From Escherichia phage vB_EcoM_G10400: a DNA stretch of 64,000 bases. The number at the start of each line of letters is the position of its first letter. Within the stretch, counting starts at the first letter, position 1. Made by a program: the position numbers and the translations under genes. The stretch lies in sequence record MK327937.1; one strand, written 5' to 3'. Below the pieces are notes generated by a model. The model was not told the origin of the DNA, searched no databases, and was given only the letters and a program-made list of their open reading frames with translations. Of the stretch, positions 19,940 through 38,501 are shown piece by piece.

Positions 19940-20936
19940 TTCAAGTGTTATCTATCGTGCGATAGTTACTTCAAAATTTAGAACAGAAAAAATGTTGAAT
20001 TTTTATAATTCAATTGGAAGTGGTCCGGATAAAAACACTATCTTTATCACATTTGGAAGATCAGAACCGTGGTCATCAAATGAAAATGAGGTGGGCTTTG
20101 CCCCACCTTATCCTACCGATTCTGTATTAGGTGTAACTGACATGTGGACTCATATGATGGGAACAGTAAAAGTTCTTCCATCAATGCTTGATGCAGTTAT
20201 TCCTCGTCGAGATTGGGGAGATACTAGATATCCGGATCCATACACATTTAGAATTAACGATATTGTAGTGTGTAACTCAGCTCCTTACAACGCTACTGAA
20301 TCAGGCGCGGGATGGTTAGTGTATCGCTGTTTAGATGTTCCTGATACTGGAATGTGCTCAATAGCATCTTTAACTAATAAGGATGAATGCCTTAAGTTAG
20401 GTGGAAAATGGACTCCTTCTGCTAGGTCAATGACTCCTCCTGAAGGTCGAGGAGATGCTGAAGGAACAATTGAACCTGGGGATGGATATGTTTGGGAATA
20501 TTTATTTGAGATTCCGCCTGATGTATCTATAAATAGATGTACGAATGAATACATCGTGGTTCCTTGGCCTGAGGAATTAAAAGAAGACCCGACTAGATGG
20601 GGGTATGAAGATAATCTCACTTGGCAACAAGATGATTTTGGATTAATTTACCGTGTTAAGGCAAATACTATCCGTTTTAAAGCATATTTAGATTCAGTTT
20701 ATTTTCCTGAAGCTGCATTGCCGGGAAATAAAGGATTTAGACAAATATCAATAATTACGAATCCTCTTGAAGCTAAAGCTCATCCAAATGACCCAAATGT
20801 TAAAGCTGAAAAGGATTATTATGATCCGGAAGATTTAATGAGGCATTCGGGCGAAATGATTTATATGGAAAATAGGCCACCTATTATTATGGCAATGGAT
20901 CAGACAGAAGAAATCAATATTCTGTTTACATTTTAA
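19932..20936 (+). CDS. 8: baseplate wedge protein gp8
   Basis: 334 aa; followed by terminator hairpin and late promoter. Confidence 0.85.
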   Translation: MNDSSVIYRAIVTSKFRTEKMLNFYNSIGSGPDKNTIFITFGRSEPWSSNENEVGFAPPYPTDSVLGVTDMWTHMMGTVKVLPSMLDAVIPRRDWGDTRYPDPYTFRINDIVVCNSAPYNATESGAGWLVYRCLDVPDTGMCSIASLTNKDECLKLGGKWTPSARSMTPPEGRGDAEGTIEPGDGYVWEYLFEIPPDVSINRCTNEYIVVPWPEELKEDPTRWGYEDNLTWQQDDFGLIYRVKANTIRFKAYLDSVYFPEAALPGNKGFRQISIITNPLEAKAHPNDPNVKAEKDYYDPEDLMRHSGEMIYMENRPPIIMAMDQTEEINILFTF

Positions 20937-20941
20937 ATTAA

Positions 20942-20966
20942 GGGAGCCCATGGGCTCCCTTTTTCT
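20942..20966 (+). terminator. intrinsic terminator after gene 8
   Basis: gggagcccatgggctccc perfect hairpin followed by TTTTTCT. Confidence 0.7.
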
Positions 20967-20967
20967 T

Positions 20968-20975
20968 TATAAATA
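20968..20975 (+). promoter_or_regulatory. late promoter TATAAATA for gene 9
   Basis: Exact TATAAATA ~25 nt upstream of the gp9 ATG. Confidence 0.65.
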
Positions 20976-20999
20976 CTATAAACTCATAAGGAAACCGCT

Positions 21000-21866
21000 A
21001 TGTTCATTCAAGAACCAAAGAAATTGATTGATACCGGCGAAATTGGTAACGCTTCTACTGGTGATATCTTATTCGACGGTGGTAATAAAATTAATAGTGA
21101 TTTTAACGCAATTTATAACGCGTTTGGCGATCAACGTAAAATGGCAGTAGCAAATGGCACTGGAGCAGATGGTCAAATTATCCATGCTACTGGATATTAT
21201 CAAAAACACTCTATTGCAGAGTATGCAACTCCAGTAAAAGTTGGCACTAGGCATGATATTGATACCTCTACTGTAGGTGTTAAAGTTATCATTGAAAGAG
21301 GCGAACTTGGCGACTGCGTTGAATTTATTAACTCAAATGGATCAATATCAGTTACTAATCCTTTAACGATTCAAGCTATTGATTCAATTAAAGGCGTTTC
21401 AGGTAATTTAGTAGTAACTAGTCCATATAGTAAAGTTACCTTACGTTGTATTTCATCTGATAATTCTACGTCGGTTTGGAATTATTCTATTGAAAGTATG
21501 TTTGGTCAAAAGGAATCACCTGCTGAAGGTACATGGAATATTTCTACATCTGGATCAGTTGACATTCCACTATTTCATCGCACTGAATACAATATGGCTA
21601 AATTGCTAGTTACGTGCCAATCAGTAGATGGAAGAAAAATTAAAACAGCAGAAATAAATATTCTTGTGGATACTGTTAATTCAGAAGTTATTTCTTCTGA
21701 GTATGCTGTCATGCGAGTTGGAAATGAAACAGAAGAAGACGAAATCGCTAATATTGCATTTAGTATTAAAGAAAATTACGTAACGGCGACTATAAGTTCT
21801 TCAACTGTCGGTATGAGAGCAGCAGTTAAAGTTATCGCTACGCAGAAAATCGGGGTGGCTCAATAA
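21000..21866 (+). CDS. 9: baseplate protein gp9 (long tail fibre socket)
   Basis: 288 aa; length and order match T4. Confidence 0.85.
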   Translation: MFIQEPKKLIDTGEIGNASTGDILFDGGNKINSDFNAIYNAFGDQRKMAVANGTGADGQIIHATGYYQKHSIAEYATPVKVGTRHDIDTSTVGVKVIIERGELGDCVEFINSNGSISVTNPLTIQAIDSIKGVSGNLVVTSPYSKVTLRCISSDNSTSVWNYSIESMFGQKESPAEGTWNISTSGSVDIPLFHRTEYNMAKLLVTCQSVDGRKIKTAEINILVDTVNSEVISSEYAVMRVGNETEEDEIANIAFSIKENYVTATISSSTVGMRAAVKVIATQKIGVAQ

Positions 21867-23671
21867 TGAAACAAAATATTAATATCGGTAATGTTGTAGA
21901 TGATGGTACCGGTGACTACCTGCGTAAAGGTGGTATAAAAATAAATGAAAACTTTGATGAGCTTTATTATGAACTCGGTGATGGTAATGTTCCATATTCA
22001 GCCGGTGCCTGGAAAACTTATAATGCTTCATCTGGGCAAACATTAAAAGCTGAATGGGGAAAATCATACGCTATTAATACTTCGTCTGGAAGAGTAACAC
22101 TGCAACTTCCTAAAGGAACTGTTAATGATTATAATAAAGTAATTAGAGCTAGGGATGTATTTGCAACATGGAATGTTAATCCAGTTACTTTAGTAGCCGC
22201 TTCTGGTGATACTATCAAAGGATCATCGTCATCGGTTGAAATTAACGTTCAATTTAGTGATTTAGAGCTAGTTTATTGCGCTCCGGGTCGTTGGGAATAT
22301 GTCAAAAATAAACAAATTGACAAAATTATTAGTTCAGACATTAGCAATGTAGCTCGTAAAGAATTTTTAGTCGAAGTTCAAGGACAAACAGACTTTTTAG
22401 ATATTTTCCATGGAACTAGTTATAATGTTAATAACATCAGAGTAAAACACCGCGGTAATGAATTGTATTACGGCGATGTTTTTAGCGAAAACAGTGACTT
22501 TGGCTCTCCAGGGGAAAATGAAGGAGAATTGGTTCCTCTTGATGGATTTAATATTAGATTAAGACAGCCTTGTAATATTGGTGACACTGTTCAAATTGAA
22601 ACATTTATGGACGGTGTATCGCAGTGGAGAAGTTCATACACAAGACGTCAAATAAAAGTATTAGATTCAAAATTAACATCAAAAACTTCTTTGGAAGGAA
22701 GTATTTACGTTACTGATTTATCGACAATGAAATCAATTCCATTCTCCGCATTTGGATTAATTCCAGGAGAACCTATTAATCCTAATTCTCTTGAAGTTCG
22801 TTTTAATGGAATTTTACAACAACAAGCTGGAACAGCAGGATATCCTCTGTTTTTATGTGAAGGCGCTAATTCAGATACACAAGAAGGATGTATATCTCTT
22901 GGTGGTGAATGGAAAGAATCAAACACAGATTATTCTATAGAATATGAAGATGGAAAACCGATCAGTCTTTTATTTGATAGAAAATTTGAATCAGGTGATA
23001 TAATCGTTATAACATGGTTCAATAATGATTTAGGAACTCTTTTGGAAAAAGATGACATTATTGAATTAACTGATGAACGCTATGTTAGCAAAGGATCATC
23101 TACTGAAGTTACTGGTGATGTAGCCTTAACTGATTTTGATAAAATCGGTTGGCCAAATGTTGAAAAAGTTGATTCTTATACTAGAACATATAATTCAATA
23201 TCATCTATTTTCGATAGCATTTATCCCATTGGTTCAATTTATGAAAATGCTATAAACCCAAATAATCCGGTGACTTATATGGGATTTGGTTCATGGAAAT
23301 TATTTGGTAAAGGACAAGTTTTAGTAGGATGGAATGATGATGTTACGGATCCAAACTTTGCATTAAATAACAATGATTTAGATTCTAGCGGAAATCCTTC
23401 GCATACTGCCGGTGGAACAGTTGGAACAACATCAGTGACACTTGAGAACGCAAATCTTCCTGCAACTAAAACTGATGAAAAAGTTTTAATTGAAGATGAA
23501 AACGGATCAGTTATTATTGGAGGTTGCCAATATGACCCAGATGAAACTGGTCCTATATATACAAAATATCGTGAAGACTACGCAACAACAAACTCTTCAC
23601 ATACTCCTCCTGCTAATATTAGTAATATTCAACCGTCTATTACTGTATACCGTTGGATAAGGATTGCATAA
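21866..23671 (+). CDS. 10: baseplate wedge protein gp10
   Basis: 601 aa; length and order match T4. Confidence 0.85.
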   Translation: MKQNINIGNVVDDGTGDYLRKGGIKINENFDELYYELGDGNVPYSAGAWKTYNASSGQTLKAEWGKSYAINTSSGRVTLQLPKGTVNDYNKVIRARDVFATWNVNPVTLVAASGDTIKGSSSSVEINVQFSDLELVYCAPGRWEYVKNKQIDKIISSDISNVARKEFLVEVQGQTDFLDIFHGTSYNVNNIRVKHRGNELYYGDVFSENSDFGSPGENEGELVPLDGFNIRLRQPCNIGDTVQIETFMDGVSQWRSSYTRRQIKVLDSKLTSKTSLEGSIYVTDLSTMKSIPFSAFGLIPGEPINPNSLEVRFNGILQQQAGTAGYPLFLCEGANSDTQEGCISLGGEWKESNTDYSIEYEDGKPISLLFDRKFESGDIIVITWFNNDLGTLLEKDDIIELTDERYVSKGSSTEVTGDVALTDFDKIGWPNVEKVDSYTRTYNSISSIFDSIYPIGSIYENAINPNNPVTYMGFGSWKLFGKGQVLVGWNDDVTDPNFALNNNDLDSSGNPSHTAGGTVGTTSVTLENANLPATKTDEKVLIEDENGSVIIGGCQYDPDETGPIYTKYREDYATTNSSHTPPANISNIQPSITVYRWIRIA

Positions 23672-24330
23672 TGAGTTTACTTAATAATAAAGCGGGAGTT
23701 ATTTCCCGCTTAGCAGATTTTCTTGGTTTTAGAACTAAGAAAAATGATATTTCGGTTATGAATAATCAGCCAGTAGGTGCTGTAACAATTTCACAAATAG
23801 CAAAAGGTTTTTATGACCCAAATGTAGAATCTGCTATCAATGATGTTAGAAATATGGCAGAGCAACAGGTTGGAGCTGTATTAGTTAATATAAGTGGCGT
23901 ATCTCCTACTGGCGTGCAGCAAACAGACTATTGGTCATTTGAAGGAACTGTTACTGATACTTCAGCCAAACCAGGTGACCCAGTTATTGTTAATATGTTT
24001 GGCATTCCTGTTAAAGCTACTAATGGAATGACTTCAATCGAATTTACCAGTGCCGTTAGAACAGCTCTACAGGAAATGGTTGCAAAATTTATTGCAATTG
24101 ATTCATTTGAAGACCATCCTACCATAGGAAATAAAATACAAGTTAAGTATTTAGATAACCAAGAACATATCTTAGAACAATACTCTGATAAAGGAATTAC
24201 TTTCAAACAGGAAATAATTTCTCCTTCTAAACCTGGGTATGGAACTTGGCAATTATTAGGTGCGCAAACTGTTACGCTAGATAGTCACACCCAACCTACA
24301 GTATTTTATTATTTTGAGAGAATAGCATGA
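23671..24330 (+). CDS. 11: baseplate wedge protein gp11 (short tail fibre attachment); start trimmed to MSLLNNKAG
   Basis: 219 aa from the internal ATG; the track ORF begins 6 codons earlier, overlapping gp10. Confidence 0.8.
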   Translation: MSLLNNKAGVISRLADFLGFRTKKNDISVMNNQPVGAVTISQIAKGFYDPNVESAINDVRNMAEQQVGAVLVNISGVSPTGVQQTDYWSFEGTVTDTSAKPGDPVIVNMFGIPVKATNGMTSIEFTSAVRTALQEMVAKFIAIDSFEDHPTIGNKIQVKYLDNQEHILEQYSDKGITFKQEIISPSKPGYGTWQLLGAQTVTLDSHTQPTVFYYFERIA

Positions 24331-25877
24331 GTAACAATACATATCAGCACGTATCAAATGAATCAAAATACGTTAAATTCGATCCTGTAGGATCGAATTT
24401 TCCTGACACTGTCACGACAGTGCAGTCAGCATTATCAAAAATAAGTAATATCGGCGTAAATGGTATTCCTGATGCAACTATGGAAGTTAAAGGAATAGCA
24501 ATGATTGCATCGGAGCAAGAGGTTTTAGATGGAACTAATAATTCTAAAATCGTTACACCAGCTACATTAGCAACAAGATTATTGTATCCAAATGCTACTG
24601 AAACTAAATATGGATTAACACGCTATTCAACAAATGAAGAAACTTTAGAAGGCTCAGATAATAATTCATCAATAACGCCACAAAAACTGAAATACCATAC
24701 TGACGATGTATTCCAAAATAGGTATTCATCTGAATCATCAAATGGAGTTATTAAAATATCATCTACTCCTGCGGCTTTGGCTGGAGTTGATGATACTACG
24801 GCAATGACTCCATTAAAAACCCAAAAACTTGCAATAAAATTAATTTCACAAATAGCTCCTTCAGAAGACACAGCATCAGAATCTGTTAGAGGTGTAGTTC
24901 AGTTATCAACTGTCGCTCAAACTCGTCAAGGAACTCTTCGCGAAGGATATGCAATTTCTCCGTATACCTTTATGAATTCTGTTGCAACACAAGAATATAA
25001 GGGTGTTATACGTTTAGGAACACAATCGGAAATTAACAGTAATTTAGGAGATGTTGCAGTAACAGGCGAAACATTAAATGGTCGAGGAGCTACTGGTTCT
25101 ATGCGCGGTGTAGTAAAATTAACGACGCAAGCCGGTATTGCCCCCGAAGGTGATGGCTCTGGAGCATTAGCATGGAACGCAGATGTAATTAATACTCGCG
25201 GTGGACAAACTATTAACGGTTCTTTAAATTTAGACCATCTTACAGCAAATGGAATTTGGTCACGCGGCGGTATGTGGAAAAATGGCGATCAACCTGTTGC
25301 CACTGAAAGATATGCGTCTGAAAGGGTTCCAGTTGGAACTATTATGATGTTTGCGGGTGATTCTGCACCTCCAGGTTGGATTATGTGCCATGGTGGAACC
25401 GTGTCAGGAGATCAATATCCTGATTATAGAAACACAGTTGGAACAAGATTTGGTGGTGATTGGAATAACCCTGGCATTCCTGATATGCGAGGTCTTTTCG
25501 TCAGAGGAGCTGGCACAGGAGGTCATATTTTAAATCAACGAGGACAAGATGGTTATGGAAAGGATAGACTTGGCGTAGGATGTGACGGAATGCATGTTGG
25601 CGGTGTTCAAGCACAACAAATGTCATACCATAAACATGCTGGTGGCTGGGGAGAATACCAAAGACATGAAGCTCCATTTGGCGCGTCCGTTTATCAAGGA
25701 TATCTTGGAACTAGAAAATATGCCGACTGGGATAACGCTTCATACTTCACTAATGATGGATTTGAATTAGGTGGACCGAGAGATGCCCTTGGTACACTTA
25801 ATCGTGAAGGATTAATTGGTTATGAAACTAGACCATGGAATATATCATTAAACTATATTATTAAAATTCATTACTAA
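24327..25877 (+). CDS. 12: short tail fibre protein gp12
   Basis: 516 aa; position between 11 and wac; repetitive Gly/Thr-rich fibre sequence. Confidence 0.85.
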   Translation: MSNNTYQHVSNESKYVKFDPVGSNFPDTVTTVQSALSKISNIGVNGIPDATMEVKGIAMIASEQEVLDGTNNSKIVTPATLATRLLYPNATETKYGLTRYSTNEETLEGSDNNSSITPQKLKYHTDDVFQNRYSSESSNGVIKISSTPAALAGVDDTTAMTPLKTQKLAIKLISQIAPSEDTASESVRGVVQLSTVAQTRQGTLREGYAISPYTFMNSVATQEYKGVIRLGTQSEINSNLGDVAVTGETLNGRGATGSMRGVVKLTTQAGIAPEGDGSGALAWNADVINTRGGQTINGSLNLDHLTANGIWSRGGMWKNGDQPVATERYASERVPVGTIMMFAGDSAPPGWIMCHGGTVSGDQYPDYRNTVGTRFGGDWNNPGIPDMRGLFVRGAGTGGHILNQRGQDGYGKDRLGVGCDGMHVGGVQAQQMSYHKHAGGWGEYQRHEAPFGASVYQGYLGTRKYADWDNASYFTNDGFELGGPRDALGTLNREGLIGYETRPWNISLNYIIKIHY

Positions 25878-25886
25878 GGATTACAA

Positions 25887-27344
25887 ATGATTGAATTAAA
25901 AGAGTTACCTTTTGTTGATAGCGTTCCTGGCGAAGGTCAGGAACGTATTTCATGGATTAAAAATGGTGAAGAAATATTAGGAGCTAGTACTAAGTATGGA
26001 AACGATGGGTCAATGAATAGACCAACTGTTTCCGTGTTTAAAAACGTCGAGGTTCTCGACGAAAATGTAGGAATTCTTAAAACTGCCATTGAAACATCTC
26101 AGGAAGATATTAAAACTATTCAAGGCATTTTAGATGTATCAGGAGATATAGAAGCGCTATCACAGATCAGCGTTAATAAAAATGATATATCAAGTTTAAA
26201 GACGCTCACAAGTGAACATACTGATATATTAAATGGTACAAATACTACGGTTGATAATATTCTTTCTGATATTGGTCCATTTAATTCGCAAGCAAATTCA
26301 GTTTATAGAACGATTAGAAATGATTTGTTATGGATTAAAAGGGAATTAGGACAATATGCTGGACAAGATATTAATGGTCTTCCTGTTGTAGGAAATACCA
26401 GCACGGGAATGAAGCATCGTATTATTAATAATACAGATGCTATAACTTCCCAAGGAATACGTCTAAGTGATTTAGAAGAAAAATTTATTGAATCTGATGT
26501 AGGTTCGCTTACAATCGAAGTAGGAAATCTTAGACAGGAATTAGGACAAAGACCACCTTCATTTAGTGAAAGTATATATTCACGTGTGCATAATTTAGAT
26601 CAATCTCAAATTAATCTTAGTTCCGAAATTAAATCTATCAAAACTTCTATTGGATATCCAGGAAATACTTCAATAATCACAGATGTTAACACTAATACAC
26701 GAGAAATTTCAGCTTTAAATGATGAACTAAATAAAAGTGGCGGCGTTAAACAGCGATTAACTGTTATTGAAACATCGATTGGTTCAGATGATATTCCTTC
26801 TAGTATTAAAGGTCAAATTAAAGATAATACCACTTCTATTGAATCTTTAAATGGAATTGTAGGTGAAAACACCTCGTCCGGTTTAAGAGCTAACGTTTCA
26901 TGGCTAAATCAGATAGTTGGAACTGATTCTAGCGGAGGTCAACCTTCTCCTCCGGGGTCTCTTTTAAATAGAGTTTCAACAGTTGAAACCTCTGTTAATA
27001 GACTTAACAATGATGTTCAAAACTTACAGGTTGAAATTGGTAATAACAATTCCGGAATTAAAGGGCAAGTTGTAACATTAAATAAATTAGTAAATGGAAC
27101 AAATCCGAATGGTTCAACTGTCGAAGAACGCGGATTGACTAATTCAATAAAAGCTAATGAGACTAACATTTCTTCAATTAATCAAGAGATTCGTAGTATT
27201 AAAGGTAATGTGTCCTCATTACAGAGGGATGTCCAGACTTTACAAGAAGCTGGTTATATTCCTGAAGCTCCAAAAGATGGTCAAGCTTACGTTCGTAAAG
27301 ACGGCGAATGGGTATTGCTTTCTACCTTTTTATCACCAGCATAA
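25887..27344 (+). CDS. wac: fibritin (whisker antigen control)
   Basis: 485 aa, coiled-coil-rich; C-terminal foldon-like [27 protein letters not shown]. Confidence 0.9.
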   Translation: MIELKELPFVDSVPGEGQERISWIKNGEEILGASTKYGNDGSMNRPTVSVFKNVEVLDENVGILKTAIETSQEDIKTIQGILDVSGDIEALSQISVNKNDISSLKTLTSEHTDILNGTNTTVDNILSDIGPFNSQANSVYRTIRNDLLWIKRELGQYAGQDINGLPVVGNTSTGMKHRIINNTDAITSQGIRLSDLEEKFIESDVGSLTIEVGNLRQELGQRPPSFSESIYSRVHNLDQSQINLSSEIKSIKTSIGYPGNTSIITDVNTNTREISALNDELNKSGGVKQRLTVIETSIGSDDIPSSIKGQIKDNTTSIESLNGIVGENTSSGLRANVSWLNQIVGTDSSGGQPSPPGSLLNRVSTVETSVNRLNNDVQNLQVEIGNNNSGIKGQVVTLNKLVNGTNPNGSTVEERGLTNSIKANETNISSINQEIRSIKGNVSSLQRDVQTLQEAGYIPEAPKDGQAYVRKDGEWVLLSTFLSPA

Positions 27345-27348
27345 CATG

Positions 27349-27362
27349 GGGCCGCAAGGCCC
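27349..27362 (+). terminator. hairpin after wac
   Basis: gggccgcaaggccc stem-loop with GNRA-type loop. Confidence 0.5.
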
Positions 27363-27375
27363 TAAAGGATTTTAA

Positions 27376-29077
<1,702 letters not shown>

Positions 29078-29118
29078 TAAATATTATAAACTAATTAAAG
29101 CCCAGATTAGGAGAAATC

Positions 29119-32256
<3,138 letters not shown>

Positions 32257-32287
32257 ATATATTAAAGCATATTAAAGAGGATTAAAA

Positions 32288-34267
32288 ATGACTTTATTAT
32301 CTCCGGGCATTGAGCTCAAAGAAACTACGGTTCAAAGCACCGTGGTTAATAACTCTACTGGTACAGCAGCTTTGGCCGGTAAATTCCAGTGGGGTCCTGC
32401 TTTTCAGATTAAACAGGTTACAAACGAAGTAGATTTAGTTAATACTTTTGGTCAACCTACAGCTGAAACTGCTGACTATTTTATGTCTGCAATGAATTTC
32501 TTACAATATGGAAATGATTTGCGAGTTGTGCGCGCTGTCGATAGAGATACCGCTAAAAACTCATCTCCGATTGCTGGTAATATTGAATACACAATTTCTA
32601 CCCCAGGTAGTAACTACGCGGTTGGAGATAAAATCACGGTCAAATATGTTTCAGATGATATTGAAACTGAAGGTAAAATTACTGAAGTAGACGCAGATGG
32701 AAAAATTAAGAAAATTAATATTCCTACTGCAAAAATTATTGCTAAAGCTAAAGAAGTTGGCGAATACCCAGCATTAGGTTCTAACTGGACTGCAGAAATT
32801 TCTTCATCTTCTTCCGGTTTAGCTGCAGTAATAACTCTTGGAAAAATTATTACTGATTCCGGTATTTTATTAGCTGAAATCGAGAGCGCTGAAACTGCTA
32901 TGACAGCAGTTGATTTTCAGGCAAATCTTGAAAAATATGGAATTCCAGGAGTAGTAGCTCTCTATCCAGGCGAATTAGGCGATAAAATTGAAATTGAAAT
33001 CGTATCTAAAGCTGACTATGCGAAAGGCGCTTCTGCATTACTCCCAATTTATCCAGGTGGTGGTACTCGCGCATCTACTGCCAAAGCAGTGTTTGGATAT
33101 GGACCACAAACTGATTCACAGTACGCCATTATAGTTCGTCGTAATGATGCTATTGTTCAAAGCGTTGTTCTTTCAACTAAGCGTGGTGAAAAAGATATTT
33201 ACGATAGTAACATCTATATCGATGACTTTTTCGCAAAAGGTGGTTCAGAATATATTTTTGCAACTGCACAAAACTGGCCAGAAGGCTTCTCTGGAATTTT
33301 AACTCTGTCTGGTGGATTATCATCAAATGCTGAAGTAACAGCAGGAGATTTGATGGAAGCTTGGGACTTCTTTGCTGACCGTGAATCTGTTGACGTTCAA
33401 CTGTTTATTGCGGGTTCTTGTGCTGGTGAATCTTTAGAAACAGCATCTACTGTCCAAAAACACGTCGTTTCAATTGGTGATGCTCGCCAGGATTGCTTAG
33501 TATTGTGCTCTCCTCCGCGTGAAACTGTAGTTGGAATTCCTGTAACTCGTGCAGTAGATAATTTAGTTAACTGGAGAACTGCGGCAGGTTCATACACTGA
33601 TAATAACTTTAATATCAGTTCAACCTATGCAGCAATTGATGGTAACTATAAGTATCAGTATGACAAATATAATGATGTGAATCGTTGGGTTCCATTAGCA
33701 GCTGATATTGCTGGTTTATGCGCAAGAACTGATAACGTATCTCAGACTTGGATGTCTCCAGCTGGTTATAATCGTGGCCAAATTTTGAACGTTATTAAAC
33801 TGGCTATTGAAACTCGCCAGGCTCAGCGCGACCGTTTATACCAAGAAGCTATCAACCCGGTAACCGGTACAGGTGGTGATGGTTACGTATTGTATGGTGA
33901 TAAAACAGCTACTTCTGTTCCTTCTCCATTTGATCGTATTAACGTTCGTCGTCTGTTTAATATGTTGAAAACGAATATCGGACGTAGTTCAAAATATCGT
34001 TTGTTCGAATTAAACAACGCGTTTACTCGTTCATCATTCCGCACAGAAACTGCCCAGTACTTGCAGGGAATTAAAGCTCTCGGTGGAATTTATGAATATC
34101 GTGTAGTTTGCGATACAACAAATAATACTCCGTCAGTAATTGATAGAAATGAGTTTGTTGCAACATTCTACATCCAACCGGCTCGTAGTATAAATTATAT
34201 CCAACTTAATTTCGTCGCAACTGCTACTGGTGCAGATTTTGATGAGTTAACTGGTCTTGCAGGTTAA
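32288..34267 (+). CDS. 18: tail sheath protein gp18
   Basis: 659 aa; length and order match T4. Confidence 0.9.
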   Translation: MTLLSPGIELKETTVQSTVVNNSTGTAALAGKFQWGPAFQIKQVTNEVDLVNTFGQPTAETADYFMSAMNFLQYGNDLRVVRAVDRDTAKNSSPIAGNIEYTISTPGSNYAVGDKITVKYVSDDIETEGKITEVDADGKIKKINIPTAKIIAKAKEVGEYPALGSNWTAEISSSSSGLAAVITLGKIITDSGILLAEIESAETAMTAVDFQANLEKYGIPGVVALYPGELGDKIEIEIVSKADYAKGASALLPIYPGGGTRASTAKAVFGYGPQTDSQYAIIVRRNDAIVQSVVLSTKRGEKDIYDSNIYIDDFFAKGGSEYIFATAQNWPEGFSGILTLSGGLSSNAEVTAGDLMEAWDFFADRESVDVQLFIAGSCAGESLETASTVQKHVVSIGDARQDCLVLCSPPRETVVGIPVTRAVDNLVNWRTAAGSYTDNNFNISSTYAAIDGNYKYQYDKYNDVNRWVPLAADIAGLCARTDNVSQTWMSPAGYNRGQILNVIKLAIETRQAQRDRLYQEAINPVTGTGGDGYVLYGDKTATSVPSPFDRINVRRLFNMLKTNIGRSSKYRLFELNNAFTRSSFRTETAQYLQGIKALGGIYEYRVVCDTTNNTPSVIDRNEFVATFYIQPARSINYIQLNFVATATGADFDELTGLAG

Positions 34268-34275
34268 TTGATTAT

Positions 34276-34289
34276 GGGGCTTCGGCCCC
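34276..34289 (+). terminator. stem-loop after gene 18
   Basis: ggggcttcggcccc perfect hairpin with UUCG loop, 9 nt after the gp18 stop. Confidence 0.6.
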
Positions 34290-34306
34290 TATTCTCGAGG
34301 AAACAA

Positions 34307-34912
34307 GTGATTATTTCTAAGTTTGTTACAATAAAACCAAGAAATCATTCAAAAATGTGGTCGACAATTCTGGGATATAAAGTATCATATCATGATACAG
34401 TATCTGTTCCAATAGAATTAATGCCAAAGAATAGTAATAAAATAGTTGACGCTAAATGTGATTTGTGTGGTACTAAATTTAGTAGAAGCATTCAACTTTT
34501 AAATAGAACACCCACACATGCATGTAGAAAATGTAGCATTAAACAAGTTGCTATTAAAAATTCGGAAGTTCAATCTGGAATAAGCAGACCATGGCAAAGA
34601 GGCGATAAACATCCTCGATGGACTGGTAAAAGAAAAGAGTTTGCATTATATGCTAGTAGAGTTCATTCTATAACTAAGTCAGCTAAAATAAGAAAAATTT
34701 GGTCAAAATGGCCGAATGCTGATAAAATAGGAGTGTGTGGAGTAGAAGGTGCTTACCAACTCGATCATAAAGTATCTATCAAATATGGATTTGATAATTT
34801 AATTCCGCCGGAAATTATAGCAAGCGTAAAAAATTTAGAAATAATCACTTGGGAATCTAACCGAGAAAAGTCAAAAAGAAATAGCGTAGATCTTTGGGAT
34901 TTACTAGAATGA
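34307..34912 (+). CDS. HNH homing endonuclease inserted between genes 18 and 19 (start uncertain: GTG 34307 after GAGG, or ATG 34355)
   Basis: C-terminal HNH signature YQLDHKVSIKYGFDNL...LEIITWESNREK and a four-Cys pattern (CDLCG...CRKC); the track ORF (34268-34912) runs through the gp18 terminator hairpin, so the true start is downstream of it. Confidence 0.65.
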   Translation: MIISKFVTIKPRNHSKMWSTILGYKVSYHDTVSVPIELMPKNSNKIVDAKCDLCGTKFSRSIQLLNRTPTHACRKCSIKQVAIKNSEVQSGISRPWQRGDKHPRWTGKRKEFALYASRVHSITKSAKIRKIWSKWPNADKIGVCGVEGAYQLDHKVSIKYGFDNLIPPEIIASVKNLEIITWESNREKSKRNSVDLWDLLE

Positions 34913-34919
34913 TTCTAAA

Positions 34920-34937
34920 GGCCTGTTTCGACAGGCC
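34920..34937 (+). terminator. hairpin after the HNH gene
   Basis: ggcctgtttcgacaggcc inverted repeat. Confidence 0.55.
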
Positions 34938-34938
34938 A

Positions 34939-35005
34939 TATAAATACACTATATCCTTAATTCTTTAATTCTATATGCCCTAGGTTAAACATAGGGATAT
35001 AAATA
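34939..35005 (+). promoter_or_regulatory. two late promoters (TATAAATA at 34939-34946 and 34998-35005) upstream of gene 19
   Basis: Two exact TATAAATA octamers; the second is ~15 nt upstream of the gp19 ATG. Confidence 0.6.
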
Positions 35006-35019
35006 CTACAGAGGCTAAT

Positions 35020-35511
35020 ATGTTTGTAGATGATGTAACACGAGCGTTTGAATCTGGTGATTTTGCTCGACCTAACTTATTCCAAGTAGAAATTTCTTAT
35101 CTTGGACAAAATTTTACGTTCCAATGTAAAGCCACTGCTTTACCAGCTGGTATTGTAGAAAAAATTCCAGTCGGATTTATGAACCGTAAAATTAACGTAG
35201 CAGGCGATCGTACATTCGATGACTGGACTGTTACAGTAATGAACGATGAAGCTCATGATGCTCGCCAGAAGTTCGTTGATTGGCAAAGCATTGCTGCTGG
35301 TCAAGGAAACGAAATTACTGGTGGAAAACCTGCAGAGTATAAAAAGAGCGCTATTGTTCGTCAATATGCTCGTGATGCTAAAACAGTAACAAAAGAAATT
35401 GAAATTAAAGGTCTGTGGCCTACTAACGTGGGTGAACTTCAATTAGATTGGGATTCAAACAATGAAATCCAAACCTTTGAAGTAACTCTTGCTCTCGATT
35501 ATTGGGAATAA
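35020..35511 (+). CDS. 19: tail tube protein gp19
   Basis: 163 aa; length and order match T4. Confidence 0.9.
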   Translation: MFVDDVTRAFESGDFARPNLFQVEISYLGQNFTFQCKATALPAGIVEKIPVGFMNRKINVAGDRTFDDWTVTVMNDEAHDARQKFVDWQSIAAGQGNEITGGKPAEYKKSAIVRQYARDAKTVTKEIEIKGLWPTNVGELQLDWDSNNEIQTFEVTLALDYWE

Positions 35512-35517
35512 AATGAA

Positions 35518-37168
<1,651 letters not shown>

Positions 37169-37169
<1 letters not shown>

Positions 37170-37408
37170 TGGAAGGTTTAATTGAAGCTATTAAATCAAA
37201 CGACCTCGTAGCCGCTCGTAAATTATTTGCTGAAGCCATGGCTGCAAGAACGACTGATTTAATTAAAGAAGAAAAAATCGCTATCGCTCGTAATTTCTTA
37301 ATCGAAGGTGAAGAACCTGATGACGAGGATGATGACGAAGACGAAGATAGTGATGATAAAGACGACAAAAAAGACAAAGACTCTGACGAAGACGAGGATG
37401 ATGAATAA
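37169..37408 (+). CDS. 67: prohead core protein gp67
   Basis: 79 aa with a highly acidic C-terminus ([18 protein letters not shown]). Confidence 0.8.
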
Positions 37409-37833
37409 TGCTTCTGATCCCTGAAACTCATGAATTAGTTCTCGAGAATGTCGAAGCACTTATTCCTGAAGCACAGGGTCGCTTTGACGAATTGTCTTCT
37501 GCTTTAAATAAAGACGATATAAATACAATTGTCGAGAATATGCTTGATGATGAAACTGATTTAGCGGTTGCATTAGCTTCTATTAATGAAAATATGCCGT
37601 TAAATGAATTTATCGTTAAACATGTTTCTGCCCGTGGTGAAATTACTCGCACTAAAGATCGCAAAACCCGCGAACGTAATGCATTTCAAACTACCGGGTT
37701 GTCTAAAGCAAAACGTAGACAAATTGCTCGTAAAGCTACCAAAACGAAGATTGCCAATCCAGCAGGTCAATCTCGTGCTCAGCGTAAGCGTAAAAAAGCT
37801 CTTAAACGCCGTAAAGCATTAGGATTAAGCTAA
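37408..37833 (+). CDS. 68: prohead core protein gp68
   Basis: 141 aa with a basic C-terminal tail; order 67-68-21. Confidence 0.8.
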
Positions 37834-38471
37834 TGAATGAACCCCAATTACTAATTGAAACTTGGGGTCAACCTGGCGAAATTATTGATGGCGTACCAAT
37901 GCTTGAATCTCATGATGGAAAAGACTTAGGTTTAAAACCGGGTTTATACATCGAAGGAATATTCATGCAAGCGGAAGTCGTCAATAGAAATAAACGTCTT
38001 TATCCAAAACGTATATTAGAAAAAGCGGTAAAAGACTATATTAATGAGCAAGTTTTAACTAAACAAGCTCTCGGAGAATTAAATCATCCTCCACGCGCTA
38101 ATGTTGACCCGATGCAAGCCGCTATCATTATAGAAGATATGTGGTGGAAAGGAAATGACGTATACGGACGAGCTCGTGTTATTGAAGGTGACCACGGTCC
38201 TGGAGATAAATTAGCAGCTAATATTCGTGCCGGATGGATTCCAGGAGTTTCTTCTCGTGGATTAGGTTCATTGACTGACACAAATAAAGGTTATCGTATC
38301 GTAAACGAAGGATTCAAATTAACTGTAGGTGTTGATGCAGTATGGGGTCCAAGTGCTCCAGATGCATGGGTAACTCCTAAGGAAATTACCGAATCACAGA
38401 CGGCGGAAGCCGATACAAGTGCCGATGACGCCTATATGGCTCTCGCAGAGGCCATGAAAAAAGCGTTATAA
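37833..38471 (+). CDS. 21: prohead core protease gp21
   Basis: 212 aa; length and order match T4. Confidence 0.9.
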   Translation: MNEPQLLIETWGQPGEIIDGVPMLESHDGKDLGLKPGLYIEGIFMQAEVVNRNKRLYPKRILEKAVKDYINEQVLTKQALGELNHPPRANVDPMQAAIIIEDMWWKGNDVYGRARVIEGDHGPGDKLAANIRAGWIPGVSSRGLGSLTDTNKGYRIVNEGFKLTVGVDAVWGPSAPDAWVTPKEITESQTAEADTSADDAYMALAEAMKKAL

Positions 38472-38501
38472 ATATTATTATCTAAACAACAGGACTACAA
38501 A

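Noticed and set aside
34268-35019. HNH ORF considered as an intron-encoded endonuclease within a group I intron
   Set aside because: Genes 18 and 19 are intact and full-length on either side, and the ORF sits in the intergenic space with its own terminator and promoters; no interrupted host gene is seen.
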